Assembly (NCBI GenBank): GCA_036172245.1 | Contig: JAYWIR010000011.1 | Span: 1,550,001 to 1,614,000, forward strand | Origin: Raillietiella orientalis | Taxonomy: Eukaryota | Direction of reading: 5' to 3' | DNA: 64,000 nt | Shown: positions 39,991 through 52,700 of the stretch, piece by piece | Numbering within the stretch: the first letter of the stretch is position 1 | Layout: each line of letters opens with the position of its first letter | Made by a program: the position numbers and the translations under genes | The notes under the pieces: model-generated | Databases searched by the model: none | What the model saw: the letters and a program-made list of their open reading frames with translations, nothing else | What the model was told of the DNA's origin: nothing

Positions 39991-40016
39991 TGGTGTTCTC
40001 CAGGCATGCCTCGTTA

Positions 40017-40175
40017 CCCGCGTTGGCGGCCGTGTGGTTGCAGCGGCCTCCGCGCGCGCAGCACCGAGAGTCGCGAGTTCGAATCCCGTCCGGGAGAAGG
40101 GTTGACGCCGAGAACAGGGTGTGCATCGTCTCGAGTTTCGAGTTCCTCCAGCAGGATGGCGCCGGTTGGCCTTAG
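40017..40175 (+). mobile_element. Isolated tRNA-like head of the element
   Basis: CCCGCGTTGGCGGCCGTGTGG (A-box-like)...GAGTTCGAATCCCG (B-box), then a second TTCGAGTTCCTCC. Confidence 0.65.
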
Positions 40176-40199
40176 CTGAATTCGGGATCGGCACTAGTT

Positions 40200-41330
40200 G
40201 ACACCCGGTCACACCGGTGCGTTTATTTATAAAAAATAAACATAGATGTCTGTGGCAGGACGTTTGGTACTGCCACGTTACTTATAACCACGAGAAGGAA
40301 CCTTCCGGGATCTGGCACGCAAGCCAGCGGGGTTCGCCTCAGCAGCACAGGGGAAAGGGAGACAAACAAAAAGGAAAAAACAAAAAACAAAAAACATACA
40401 GTCAAAAAAATAGGGGGGGGGGGTTCGAGAAGGGATCACCGGGTGTTGGAGGGTGTCCTCTGTATCCGTGTAAGGATGCCGGCAAGTTCCTGTTTCAAGA
40501 CTCCCAGATGAGGCCATCTTGACGCTATCCTCATGAAGAGGACAGCAAAATAGATGGCGCCCCTGTCGTCCTGGCCTCTGGCGTTGCTTCATGCAACTAT
40601 GGTCCCACCGCGTGGGCAGCAAAGTGGGCGTGAGGGCGTCGCACAGTAAGAGGACCTTCAAAACGTCTCTGGCGTTGCCTCCAGGGGTTCCCAGGGTCGC
40701 GGCAAAGTGTTCCCAGAGGGGCTGGAGGGCAACGCAGTCCACTAGGAAGTGCGAGAGGGATTCCCGCTCTCTGCACCTTGCATAGTTCGTGTACACCCCT
40801 CCCCCTTGTGTCCAGTGATGCCGGGAGGCGTTGTACTGGAGGCCCCAGTACAGCAGCATCAGCGCCGACTCCTGCCACTTTAAAGGAAGGGTGCGGGTGT
40901 TCCTGAGCACCGGTGGTCACTGTGGGTCTTCCTCCGGAATACCCAGTAGCCCGCTCCAGTGAAAAAGTCCTCGCGGCGGACCACTGGGGATCGCGGCACC
41001 CGTAAGCTGGTCCGTCGTCCACTAGCCCAGTCTCTTCTCCTTCCGGAGATTTCCACAGTAACCTCCCATGTTGCCGCGAGGTTGCTGTCCATGTGCTCCC
41101 TAAGGGAGGGCAGCGCGGCGGCGAGGGAGGTTCTGCTTGCCCGTGCACTCTCTTTACGGGATCTTCCAGGATCTCTCGGAGCATGCAGTTGTTGCGCGCG
41201 TACAGGAATCGTGGCACCCGTTCCGCTCTTGGCTCCTGGATTCTCGTCCACGTGCGGACGGTTCCCTGCAACCAGGCCTTGGTGGGATCCGGAAACCGGA
41301 TGCTCCCATTGACTGGTCGGGATTGGAAGT
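40200..41330 (-). mobile_element. L1/Tx1-like ORF2 3' part + 3' UTR
   Basis: LPLKWQESALMLLYWGLQYNASRHHWTQGGGVYTNYARCRERESLSHFLVDCVALQPLWEHFAATLG (zf-RVT-like). Terminus AATAAACGCACCGG-TGTGA-CCGGGTG at 40227->40202. Confidence 0.7.
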
Positions 41331-41334
41331 GGAC

Positions 41335-41600
41335 TCTGCGGGGTTCTTTTAGGAATTGAAGAGACCTTCGGTGTTCCCCTCCGATTGTGAAAATGGAGCT
41401 GTACCATGGAGCTGGTGGATCGATACTTCTCCAGGGTGTGAAGAAGCGCGCTGTTCCCTTCGGGGAAAGACCCTTCAGAGAAATTTGAGAGTGTCCCTTC
41501 GGTGTTCTCTTCAGAGGAGTGAAAACAAGGAGCGGTTCCCTCGCAGGTTCCCTCCGGAGAAGAAATAATGCAGGGTCCTCCGGAGGCAACCAGGGAGAGC
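41335..41600 (+). mobile_element. Family 5' body fragment
   Basis: Matches 49540-49760 and 36990-37080 (CCCTTCGGTGTTCTCTTCAGAGGAGTGAAAACAAGGAGCGGTTCCCTC). Confidence 0.55.
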
Positions 41601-41724
41601 GTCCTCTCCCAAGCGTAAGAGGAGCAGATTCCCTCCTCCGCAGCGCTTCCATGATTCATAGGGTGGTTCCCTCGCGGGGGGCATCCCCTAACTTAAAGAG
41701 TCAACTGACGATCTTTACGAACGA

Positions 41725-41945
41725 AATGTGTGTGGTGCGGGTCAAGGCACATTCCAGAGTGACCTCCTCGTCCCGGAGCTTCCAGGTCCCTTCTTCCTCG
41801 GGTGGGCGGATGGGGACTTTTCGCGGTCAGGCAGAGCGTGAGCGTGCCGGTTCGGAGGGAAAGCTACTGCTCTCGCCGGGAATGGAACTGGGTCGGGAGC
41901 AGAGGAGAAGGACTGTGGGCTAGTCAATAAAGAGTGGCATGGGAC
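41725..41945 (+). repeat. ~220-bp repeat (second copy 44940-45160), possibly an RTE-type LINE 3' end
   Basis: The two copies share CCAGAGTGACCTC..GTCCCGGAGCTT..GGATGGGGACTTTTCGCGGTC and end in AATAAA. The 44940 copy translates RWTD...ELSREQWRRTVG, resembling RTE ORF C-termini. Confidence 0.45.
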
Positions 41946-43019
41946 AGAGTGAAAGCGTTCCGTGAGCTCCCGGGCGAACGGTTCTTGAGTGTCTAGCGAA
42001 CCAAAAAAAAGAAAACCCCGAAAAAAAAAAAAAAAAAAAAAAGAAACCTTAAAGGAAAACGGCGGAACAGAAGAACTCAAAAGGATTTCCGCTACTTCGG
42101 GCCGAGTGCCGCGACCGGAGCAAGAGGTCGCGCATCTTGCTCTCGGCTCCCGTCCAAACAACCTCCCTTCTCCCTTCCCTTCTGTGATTCGGCGAGAGAG
42201 TTCATGAAACCCGAGCAGGGCGGGGAATTCGCTGCAGCCCTCTGCTGATTCAGCGATGCGCTCTCTTTCGGGTTCCTGCAGATGCGCTCGCCTTTTGGCG
42301 GGTGCTGCGTCCCACGCACCGCAATCTTCGCGGAAGAAGATCCGGCAGCTGCCAGGTCACGAGGGGGAGGTGCTTTTGGCCACTTGGCAGCTCCGCGCAC
42401 CCCACCCTGGGGGTGAACGAGGGAGTTTCCCTCTGTGAGAATACGGGACACCTCATTTCTCGTTCCATGGTAATCGGCGTCGTGGTTTGCTGTGGGCAAC
42501 TCGGCAAACCACACCGTGGCTCGACGCGTCGGGCCGCGAACCGTTGCGCACCATTCTCGATCGCAGACCACAGTGCCGGTTAATTACTTGATTCTCTTTG
42601 AGATAGCGCTCTTCTACGCATGCTCATCACCGACATACACGGGGGAGGGTGTGCTGGATCCTCGGAAAGGTTCTGGGTGGCTCCACAGGGAGTCTGTCCT
42701 CCCTGCGGGAGGCGAATGGTGGTTGCCCCTTGGCGGGAGGAAGGCTACCTGCACGGTAGCGGGAGGGACCGTGCTCCTGGACGGTTCGAGGACGCGAAGA
42801 CTCCTCTCCGAAGGCGAAAACGCGGCTCGGTACTTCCTGGCATCTCCCCGGAAGATGTGGTGCTGCCCTTCGCGTGCTCGGGCGGCGAGGTGCGTCCTCT
42901 GTGTCCGGTGAGGGAAAGGTCGAATCCAGCCCGCTCCCGCTACTGGAGCGAGTAATGAGCGGGTGTTGGTGGCCTCCTTAAAGCAGCTGCTCTAAGAATG
43001 GGTGCCGACTTCAGGTCGA

Positions 43020-44000
43020 CTGCCTTCCTAGAGCTCTCACCGGAATGGACTCCGTGAATCAAGTGGATGAGCGGATCTCCTGCCGCTCCAAGAGCTCCAG
43101 TGCATGGCGGCAGCAGGAGGCACAGAGATACAGCTGACTCTCGCTTGTACTCCCTCCCCGAGGCCCGGGCGCTTCTGCGTTCCCGCTCTCCTGGAAGCAG
43201 CAGGCTGTGCTGCTCCTTCTGCAGTGGGGATTCCAATGCAACGAGCGCCAGCACCTTGGTTTCTGCAGGGGTTACATCCCAGAACTGTTGCTCCAGGTGC
43301 AGGTCGGTGGAGGGTCACCCCACTGCACCTGCTTTCGGACTGCGGTGCCCTCCAGAAGGCGTGGCGGAGGCTGGTGTCCGCGACCTGCTGCGATGGTTCT
43401 GCGCTATCGACGGCCGTCGCGATAGCAGCGATGGGTTGCGTCCGCGCCGTCGTCACGGCCCGCCGCATTCTCGAGACGACCACGCAGCGAATGCAGGTCA
43501 CCGGGATGGCAGTCGCCTGCATGAGGATGGCTGCCAGGAGACCTCACCTGCAAGAGGCCCACCTTCCACCCCTCAAGTGGAAAGAGCTGGCGTTGCTATT
43601 GTTGCATTGGGAAATTCCATGCAAAGCACGCCTCAATCATTGGACACGGGGGAGTGTGGATGCCAGTTGTGAAAGTCGAGGAGAGAAGGAGACCTTCCTG
43701 CACATACTGGTGGACTATGCTGCTCTCCGACCCCTTTGGGATCGACTCTCGACGATCCTAAAAATACTGGTAGACGACCCAAGAACATTTTCCGGCGCCT
43801 CTTCAAGCTTGCCTCCCTGCCACCGGCCGCATTTTGGTGTGTTGTCCCGTTTCCCCTCCTTTCGTTCCGAACTTTCGGATATTCCGACCTGCGTGTCAGT
43901 GGACCCTCCCCCGGAACTTCCTTTGCCCTCGGTCGAAAACCAGCGCGTTCCCGGCTGGTCCCTTTCTATAAAATAAACGCTCCCGGGCGTGACCAGGTGG
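43020..44000 (+). mobile_element. Deleted L1/Tx1-like copy: ORF1 zinc-knuckle relic fused to zf-RVT and 3' end
   Basis: CCSRCRSVEGH (degenerate CCHC, ~43280-43320), then LKWKELALLLLHWEIPCKARLNHWTRG.VDASC..GEKETFLHILVDYAALRPLWDRL. Terminus AAATAAACGCTCCCGG-GCGTGA-CCAGG. Confidence 0.6.
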
Positions 44001-44384
44001 AAAACTTTCACAGGAAGGAAGGTTAAAAATGGGAGCTGCGCCAAGATCCACCTCGCATCCTTTGCGTCTCGTTGGGGATGCCGTCCAGCTCCTTCCTGGT
44101 TCCGTTGTTAGGGCAGCGCCGTGCAGCTCTCTGCATCGCTGTGGGGAAGGAGGAGGCGACTTCCTATGCAGCGTGTCCCCGTGCTCCACGTGGATGCGCG
44201 GGCTACTCCGACGGCTGCAGCTGACCGCGGGCAAATAGCAGGCGTATCGAATTCTCCGAGTGGCCGGAGGGCGTTGCAAGGGGCACCCGCCAGCCGGAGA
44301 GGGCGCACTAACACTCGCTCTTGTGGACTCAAACTGCTGCACGTGAGGGGAACCGGAATCCCAACTCCCGCACCTGCTCGTTGA

Positions 44385-44915
44385 CCTCTACTGCGTGGCC
44401 CTCCGGCCCTTGTGGTTGCGTTTCACAGTGGCCCTAGGTGCACAAACGGACCACCCCAGAGACGTTTTCAAGCGCCTCTTTCGTGAGCGATGCCCTTTCG
44501 CCTGCCGCAGCCCTAGCAGCACTGTGCTGCCTACGCGGGATTGTGGAGACTTGGAGCTACGCCAGAGATGGACGGCACGATAGGGACGCCATCTGCTTCG
44601 CCCTGAGCTTCCTGAGGGCGGCAGCAAGATGGTCCCATCTGGGGCATACTCGAGTGGGACTTGCCGGCATTCTGGAAAGAATGCAGAGGACACCCCCCAG
44701 AGAACAGTGATCCCTTCCCGTGACCCCCAGAATTTTCTTTTTTTATTTATTTTTATTTTCGTTCGCCCCCTCCCTCCTTCGCTGCCGAGGCGAATCTCGC
44801 CGGCCTGAGTGCCGGTTACTCTGCAGGTTTCGAGCATTTTCGGACAATGTAGGGCCGATGACCCTACATATATTTGTTTATTTTTAAAATAAACGCCCTG
44901 CGGCACACCCGGGTG
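44385..44915 (+). mobile_element. L1/Tx1-like 3' end
   Basis: LAGILERMQRTP C-terminus. The 3' UTR is closely similar to the reverse complement of 57660-57910. Confidence 0.65.
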
Positions 44916-45759
44916 TTAAACACTCGCTCTTTATGAACGAACGTACGTGCGGTACGGGTCAAGACGTCCCAGAGTGACCTCGTCCCGGAGCTTCTGGGTC
45001 CCGTCTTCATCAGATGGACGGATGGGGACTTTTCGCGGTCGGGCAGGGCGTGCGCGTGCTGGCCCGGAGGGAAGACGACCACTCTCCTTGGAACGGAATT
45101 GAGCAGGGAGCAGTGGAGGAGGACCGTGGGCCAACCAATAAATAAATAAGTGACGGGAGGAATGGACCGGCATCATGGTAACGAAGGCGATTCTCCAGGG
45201 CCTTCGTTTTTCACCGGTCATGCCGGGGCGTCGATTTATAAGTGGAAGACATGCATATTCTATAAGATAAATATTTATAATATTGGAACAGGAGGAGGAA
45301 CACAGTGTCCGCCATGATCCTTGTCTCGGGAAAGAGTCACGTAGAGTCGGGGGAGGGGAGGGGTAATGCATTAATAAAAAAAAAAAAATCCAATGGGGAA
45401 GAGGGGGAGGGGGAGACTAGGGTTACCTGTTTCCCCTCAGATTCTTGCATGATGCGGACATCGTTCGATTCGGTGGGGGCCTCCCTCTCCGTGGCGCGGA
45501 GATGACCTCGTCCTTCCGTTGGAGGATTTCCGTCACTGGGAAGGCCACCTCGGCGGGAGGGCGTATGGAGGAAACGCAGCAGTAGCGATCGGTGAGAGTT
45601 TCTATTTCGGGTCAAGGGAGGCAGCCCACAGCAAGGTCCTCCCATGGCTGAGGAAGGCCCCTGTCCTTCCCGCTCGCCCGCCCCCTGCCTTCGGACGAAA
45701 GGCTCCGCAGTCCGCGGGGGGAGCTGGGGTGACGGTATAATGGAGGGGGGGAACTTCCT

Positions 45760-46200
45760 TACCCGCGCCGAACCCCTCGCACGGATCGGGAAGATGCGAA
45801 CAGGTGCGCGTCGAGCACAAGAAGTCCCCGTGCCCGCCTCGCTCCGAAGCGACCTCATCGGCCAGCCGGGCTGTCGTTCCGGTCGTCGAGGGTTGGGTCA
45901 CATCCGCGGCGGTGCGCGTGGGCTCGCCTGAAGGACCCCGCCTTCGTTCCTTTCCTTTGTGGACGGCCAACGTTGCGGCCAAGGGCGTGGTAGATCTGTT
46001 TCTTCGGACCATCTACCACCTCTCGAGAGACACATTCCCCTGAGAATGTGGAGGCAACGGAGCGCCCCCTGGCCATGCTTCCGTGAATTTCGCTGAGGGG
46101 TCCACTGTCTCCCGGCCCCAAGCGCTCGAGTTCTTCGGGCAGCAGTAGATCCACTCGTGTCCACTTCCTTTGGGGTCGCCACCTGCACCTCAAAGGAAAG
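45760..46200 (-). mobile_element. Possible APE N-terminal relic
   Basis: VDLLLPEE..ARGRSVASTFS (like vD.l.lQE..rGVail) and downstream HGDFLC (like GDFNc). A similar GGDFLC occurs at ~44150 (+). Confidence 0.3.
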
Positions 46201-47749
46201 CCTCAGAAGACTTCAGCCTGCGGCAGCTCCGAGCAAGCAGACACGGCGGTCTTGCGCATCCGACGGCGCGCCTGAAGATCTGGCGTGCTGCGGTTCCACC
46301 GTCGGGTGACCAAGGACAGCCTTCTGAGCTGCGGTTTCGTTCGCCCCGATGCCTCGACGTGGGGCCGCCAGGTGTTTAAGGAGAGTCCTGTAGGGATTTT
46401 CTGAGGAGGGCTTCTGCCTGGGCCATTGTCTCGCCAGGAGGGATGAACAAATGGTGGAGTAGGAGGAAGGGGGCCACGACGTTCTTTCACGCTGCGGTCC
46501 CGCTCTGGAAAGAGGAATTCGCTGCCGACGCGCCGCGTCGGCACGGGAAACCCTTCGGTGGCTGAATTGCGCTCGGCCCGCCCATGACCCTTCCAAAAGA
46601 GCACCTCCGCCAGGTCGAGTTCTTCGGGATGCCATCACGAGTTCTGGAGGCGGCCCGGTGCTCACGGGCAGTTCTCTCCTTCCCTCCCTGAAAGATGCAA
46701 CAGGCGCTGCACTGGGGACTCCCGTGCAATGCGCACCGCCCCCATTTGCACTCAGATACTCCGGGGCGTTTCTGTTCCCAAAGAAGCAAAGATAAAGAGA
46801 CCACGTGGACTGGTGAATCCACTGGAACATTCGAGAATATTAAGGAGAGGGGGGAAGGGAGGAAAGAAAGAAACCCGCCGACTCACAGGCAGGCTGCACA
46901 CGAGGGCAGGAGAGTGTAGAGGAGTGACAATAGGTGAATAAGAGGGTAAAGGGACGCTGGTCACTGGTCACACCCGTCGCGTCTTCCGAATCCGGCGTCC
47001 TCCGTGGCTGACTCTGTCAATGGGCAGAGGTCACAATCCTCGTCGCTGCCGAGCCGAGGTGTGCGGTCTTCCTTCCTCCTGGAGCACCTCCTGCGTGTTC
47101 TGGACGCGTCGCGGTCCTCCTAGCGCAACGCGGGACTGGGCAATCAAGGTGGCAGGCGAGAGCCTGGCACGCGTGGAGCAGCACTGCGGAAGTCCTTCCG
47201 GAGTATCCTCGGGTTTGAGCGAGTGGAGCGGCCGTTCCCAAAGGCGCAGCGTTCCCCGAACGCGGCTGGCGCGGTTCAGAGAAGCACCGCCGGTCTCACG
47301 GACGACCAGAACTGCTCATGCTGCCATCTGAGGGAGAGGAGCGCGCAGCGCAGCCCAGATAGTGGGGTCATGAACTCTCCGACGAAGGGTATTCCAGGTA
47401 TTCCGCCCGACGGAGCGGTCCTTTAAGGAGGTCACAGGATAGCGCTGCGAATTCAACCACCCTGAGGACCGGCAACCGTCCGTAGGGAGGGTGGCTCTGC
47501 GGCTGAGTGGGTGGTGAGAGCTCGGGCTCACTTCTCCCGGTTCAGTTCCACCTCCTCTCTGGGGGGACTGCTGGTAGGTTGGGGATGGGAAGTGCTGGGG
47601 TTGCGTCTGCGAGTGTGGTGCGGGAAGGTGCTTGGCAGCGGGAGACCAAGGCTGTGACGTGCCGGTGGGCGGTGGAGGCCCGTTGACGTTCTCCCCTCGG
47701 GGCAGCGATCTGTCTCCTCCGCAGGGATCCGAGCGCCTCCGTGAGGCCT

Positions 47750-47960
47750 CCGTTGCCCCTTGCAACCGATCTTAGGGTTTCCTGCGCGCAATGCAGACCG
47801 GCACCAACGCCCCTTCCCGTTCTCGATCGTCAAGGCCATCGTCCAGAACGGGAGCTGCAGCTCCATCTTCTTCGACACCCGCAGGACGCCGCTGACCCCT
47901 TCGTAGCCAACCCAGTGGGCGACATTGCTCGAGTTCCTCTTCACCCAGAGAAGAACTCCA
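47750..47960 (-). mobile_element. Post-RT ORF2 fragment of the same family
   Basis: KKMELQLPFWTMAL..GRWCRSA is homologous to ERVELQLQFRIVA..TWCGPA at 38100->38000. Confidence 0.5.
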
Positions 47961-49315
47961 GGAGACCGCCGCTCACTTCTGCTTCTGTGGGCCCGCTGGT
48001 GGCCCGAAACCGGACCGAGAAGGGGCAGAACAGCAAGAGCGCCGTTTCGATTTCCATTTCTTGCATGGAAGAATGGCGACGAGGCGGCTGCGACTTGACG
48101 GTCAACGAGGAGGAGCTCCCCAGCATCCTGAAGAGACCTCGGTAGGTTTACTGTGATCCCTACCTTTAACCCCTATAGTTTGCGGAACGATTTTTTTATT
48201 CTCTGGGGAGGAAAAAATTTTTATTTTTAGTTTCATTCTACTCGCCTTCCTTGCTCGCAAGCAGAGACATCTCCCGGACACGGAACGATGCAGTGGGAGT
48301 CGCAGTCCCACAACGAATGGATGATTTGATTTTCTTTTTCTTTTGGAAAGACTATCTTTTTTTTTTTTGTAAATCAGATTGTACCCTGAGCGCCCTGGGG
48401 CGACTGGATATAAACAAGTAGGTCCTGATGCGCGGGAGTACCGGAGACGCGACTGCCGGATGGCGACGATCGACAAGCGGTAAGCCGCCGAAGAGCTGAT
48501 CCTGCCGTCTGCTCAGCCAGTCTCCGGGTGGTAGCCTCCAGACGCTCTGTGGAGGACTCACTTCTGGAGGGAGCACTTTGAGCTGCATCACCAGTCACAT
48601 CACCGTTCGGCTCGCTGCGGCGAGGAGTTCCCGAGGGAAAACGGAAAGTTCAAGGATGGCGACCACTGACTCTCAGGTCAGTCACTCCGGAAGTCCGGAA
48701 AGGGTGGGAGGGGATGATAAAGAAACGAACGAAAAAAAAAAGAACGGAAGAACGGAGGGCAGAGGCAGGGTGGGAGTCTTTGGCTTTCCCCGTTCCTTCT
48801 CAAAAACAGGGAAACGTCCGCAACGGAAGGGAGGGGGTAGCAAACAAAGAAATAAATGAAGGGTGAGGGTGAGGACAGGGGTCTTTGGCTTCGACCACTC
48901 CCTCCTTCTAGAACCGGAGCTCGACGCCGGGCATCTTCGTTCTGACTTCTTCCAGGTGGGACCACCGAGCAGGCCGTCCTCATGTAGGCGACCTGCACCA
49001 CGCGCGCGACCTTCCTTCGCTGGAGCCTGAGTCTGCAACACGTGAGGGGCCGCGATCACGGGGCTGGTGCAACATCTCGTCGCGATCGCTGTTCCTTCCC
49101 AGAGTCCTCCGCCCGCTAAAAATAGCCGTAGCGGGTCACGGGCAGCGTCCTCCTGGTGCAGGAGCTCTGGAGCGACCCGGACTTGCCAATCTGCTGATCC
49201 CACCGTCATCGAGGGATTTCCTCGATAAGGGTGGAGGATGGAGATTCTCGGGGCCGACTTTCAGGGGTGTTTCCTCAAAGTGCTGCCACTCAGCGCGTGC
49301 TCCGACACCTTCCCG

Positions 49316-50870
49316 CCTGCGTCGGAAGCTACGTGGCTGCAGCCACCGCGCGCAGCACCGAAGGTCGCGGGTTCGAATCCCACCAGGGGAAGGATCAACG
49401 CCAGAGAAATGCGTGCGTCGTGGGTCCGAGTTCCTTCCGAAAGATGAGGCTGGCCGACCCATAATTGGGTGAGTCACTGGTAGAAGCTGGTCAAAGCCGG
49501 ATGTCCCCGATGAGTGGCCGGGAACGGGAGTCGACCCTCCGGGATCCCTCCAGGAATCAAGGGGTCGGTTCCCTTGGGCGTTCCCCTCCGGTTGTTCAAA
49601 AGAGCCGCGTATCCATCTCGTTACCATGGAGACGGTGGATTGATGACACCTCTTCAGAGTGCAAGAAGAACAGAGAGTCCAGAGAAAACTTGAAAGCGTC
49701 CCTTCGGGGTTCTCTTCAGAATGGGAAACAGGGAGCGGGTTCCCTCCGGGAGAAGAAACTCCTGGAGAAGAAAATCCTGGAGCGCGGATCCTTACCGGGT
49801 TCCTTCCGGAGAACAAAATGAGGAGTGACCCCGCTCGCCTCCAGGGTTCCCTCTGGAGAGAATAAGGAAGAGGTTCCACTTACGGATTCCCCTACCAAGC
49901 GCGAGAGAAACGGACTCCATCCCCCGTTAGCCCCGTCCTGGACTCATAGGGTGTTCTTCTCCCGGGGTTACCCCCTATAACTCGAAGAGTCAGCACGCAC
50001 CCTCGGGCGGCGTGGACAGCGTGAAAGAACTTCGTGAGCCGCCAAGAGAACGGCGGTTCTTGAGGCGCTCGGTGGACCAAAAAAGAAGGCTACCCGAAAA
50101 AAAAAAAAGAAAAAAGGAGAAGCTGGAATGAAAGCAGAGAAGATAGAAAGGAAAGGGTCCCAAAGGATTTCCACCATCCCAGGCCCATACTAACGATCTC
50201 TTCGTGGGATCGCTACTGGTCTGTTTGCAGACCTAGACTGACGCCTTCGCCAAGGAGCACGCTGGAAGCTCTGACTCCCTTTCCATCCTCCAAAGGGTCC
50301 CTTCGACCTTACCCCAAGCAGGTGAGGGAAACGAGAATCTCCCCCTCCCACACCTCCCCGTGGACTGTGCCGCCCTCCGGCTCCTATGGGAACGTTTCGG
50401 AACGACCCTTTATATCCCGGCTGGCACCCCCGGGGACGTTTCACGGCCCCTCTTTGTGCGCGACCCCAGCAGCTTCTTTCTGCATCCGCAGGATTGCAAC
50501 AGTCTGGAGCGAAGCCAACGGAGGAAGAAACGAGAGGGACGTCGTCCAGTTCTCAGTTCTCTTTCTGCAGCGTCCAGCGTCCAGATGGTCCCACCTGGGA
50601 CTTATTCGGACGGATCTAGCCGAATCCTGGAAAGGATGCAGAGGACTCCCTTTAGTAAACCCTCTCGAATATTTTTATTTATTTTTCATTTCATCTTCCT
50701 TTTGTTTCCCCCTCCTCCCCTTTCGCTGTCAAGGTGACCCCCACCGGTCTGCGTACCGGCGACCCGGAAGGTCCGCGGACAAACGAATTGTGGTCGGACC
50801 ACGCGTCCTACTACAATCTGTAAGTTTCTTTTACACTTTAGGAAACACCCCAGCGTTGACGGTGGAAATA
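49316..50870 (+). mobile_element. Complete-looking non-autonomous composite element (tRNA-like head + ~800-nt body + ORF2 tail + 3' UTR)
   Basis: Head CCTGCGTCGG...GGGTTCGAATCCC; body to ~50180; then DCAALRLLWERFGTTL..ILERMQRTP and a T-rich UTR. Confidence 0.65.
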
Positions 50871-52429
50871 GACCTTTACCCCGGTTTGGTGCCTGAATTC
50901 AACCTTCCCTCCTCACCGTCGCTGACCTCCTGACGCCCGTCAGGAAAGTGGAGAGGGGGGGGGAATCGTGTGGGATGGGTTTCGCAGGCTCGGAGTGTTT
51001 CAGGAGTAGCTGCCTGCTCGAGGTGCCACCTCCGGAGCCGCGCTGGAAGACCCTCGAGGCGTCTGCCGAGGTCGCGCGTCAGGAAGTCACGTCTGAGAGG
51101 AAAAGGAAGAAAAAAAATTCTGCCACCTCGATCTTCCGGGGTGCGCTCTCAGAGACCCGTCTGCGGTGGTCCTCTCCCCTCCCTCCCCCCTCTCCCTTCT
51201 TTCCAAGGGACCGCGTCTGCTGGCAGAACTCCGGGCTCCTGATCGGAGGCAACCGGAAGGGGGTCCACCTGCTTTCCCAGCGGGGCAGCGGAGGCTGATC
51301 CACCCCCGCGGGAGCGAGGGGAAGCGCGTATTCTCCTTCGCCCTCCTTCCTCCTCCCGCCTTTTCCCCCGCCGCTCTCTTCCCCCTTCTCGGAGTCGTCG
51401 TCGTCGTCCCCTTTCCGCGGAGCGGCGGGCGGGCGGGATGTCTCGTCCCTCGTGCGTGTGTGCACATGCACACGTCCCGTCCGTTTCATTACGCATGGAT
51501 TTTCGTGACGACACCTCCCGCGCTGCGCGGGGAGGAGGTCGGGCTGGAGGAGTCGCCCCGCGCGCGCGGCTCGTCCGCCCGCCGGCGAGCGCGGCTCCCC
51601 GCTGCTCACGGCCGGGCGGCGGGAGCGCCGTCTCAGATCCCTTCCTCCTCCCCTCCCCGCTTCCGGTGCTGTGCTGTTCGGGGCAGCGAAGGGGAGGCTG
51701 AGGCGGGATGCGCGACAGCATCCTCCGGGTATCCCAGTAACGAAGGCGTGCCGCTTCCAGGTGGACGCGTTCCACTCGCCGGAAGTGATCAGTGCGAGCG
51801 GGCGATGGGCCGCCGCGGACGGTGGAGGTTTCGGCTCGCCGCGGACTCTCCCGTTTCCCTTGGCGACCTGAGTGGTGGCGGTGCAGCGACGGCCCTCCTA
51901 GAATGAGAACGGCAGTGTCCAGTGATTCCGCCGCTCCCAAGTCGGAAGGAGAAATGGACGCGCTTCTTCTGGGCAGGACTAAGGTGAGAGAAGAGAGAAG
52001 GCCCGCTGAGCGCTCGGCTGACCCGAGGTCGGCGAAACTGGAGGGAGAGTCACAGCTCCCGCCAGACGGCGCGCCGGGGCGGGGAAAACTTCGGGACCCT
52101 CTTCCGGGACCTCTCGCGGAACACTCCTGAGCCCTTCTCCCCCCTCCCCCCCCGCGACGCGAAAGGGGGGTGGCGGACGAAAACGGCACCCCTTCGACTG
52201 GGTTCGGAATCCTTTCCGGAGCTTCCTGGAGCGGAGAGAGCTCCGTTCCTCTCCCGGCGTGAAGGAGTGGAGGCAGCTGGCGAGAAAGAGCTCCATTCCT
52301 CTCCTCACCCCATCCCTCCCTTATTTTTTTCCCTACTCCTCCTCCTCCTCACAAAGAGCCGGAGCTTGCAGAGGGAGGGGCTAGCGGACACGAGACCGAT
52401 GGACACGTAACCACCGGGAGCGCCGCGGT

Positions 52430-52700
52430 GTGTTCGCGAGAGTCGTTCTCGAACACTCTGGGGGTCACTGGCGCGAGAGCAGGAGGAGGTCACCCTGCAG
52501 GACGCGTGGGAACGGAGGGAAAAAGGGACGTACGGATGCCACCCTCGCCTCCGCCGCTCCTCCCGCCCGCGGCGATCTCCTGCGCTCTCCCCTCGCGGAA
52601 GCGATCGATGACGGCGGCGGGAAGGAGAGACTGACCGACGACCCCCCGCGCGCCGCAGGCAGTGAAACCTCGCGCGACAGGAAGAGGGCAAGGGTCTCGG
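52430..52700 (+). repeat. ~270-bp diverged direct repeat (second copy 55727-56000)
   Basis: Both copies share GGAGGAGGTC.CCCTGCA, GCGGCGATCTCCTGC..CCCCTCGCGGAAGCGATCGATGACGGC.GC.GGAAG and CAGGAAGAGGGCAAGGG. Confidence 0.7.
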
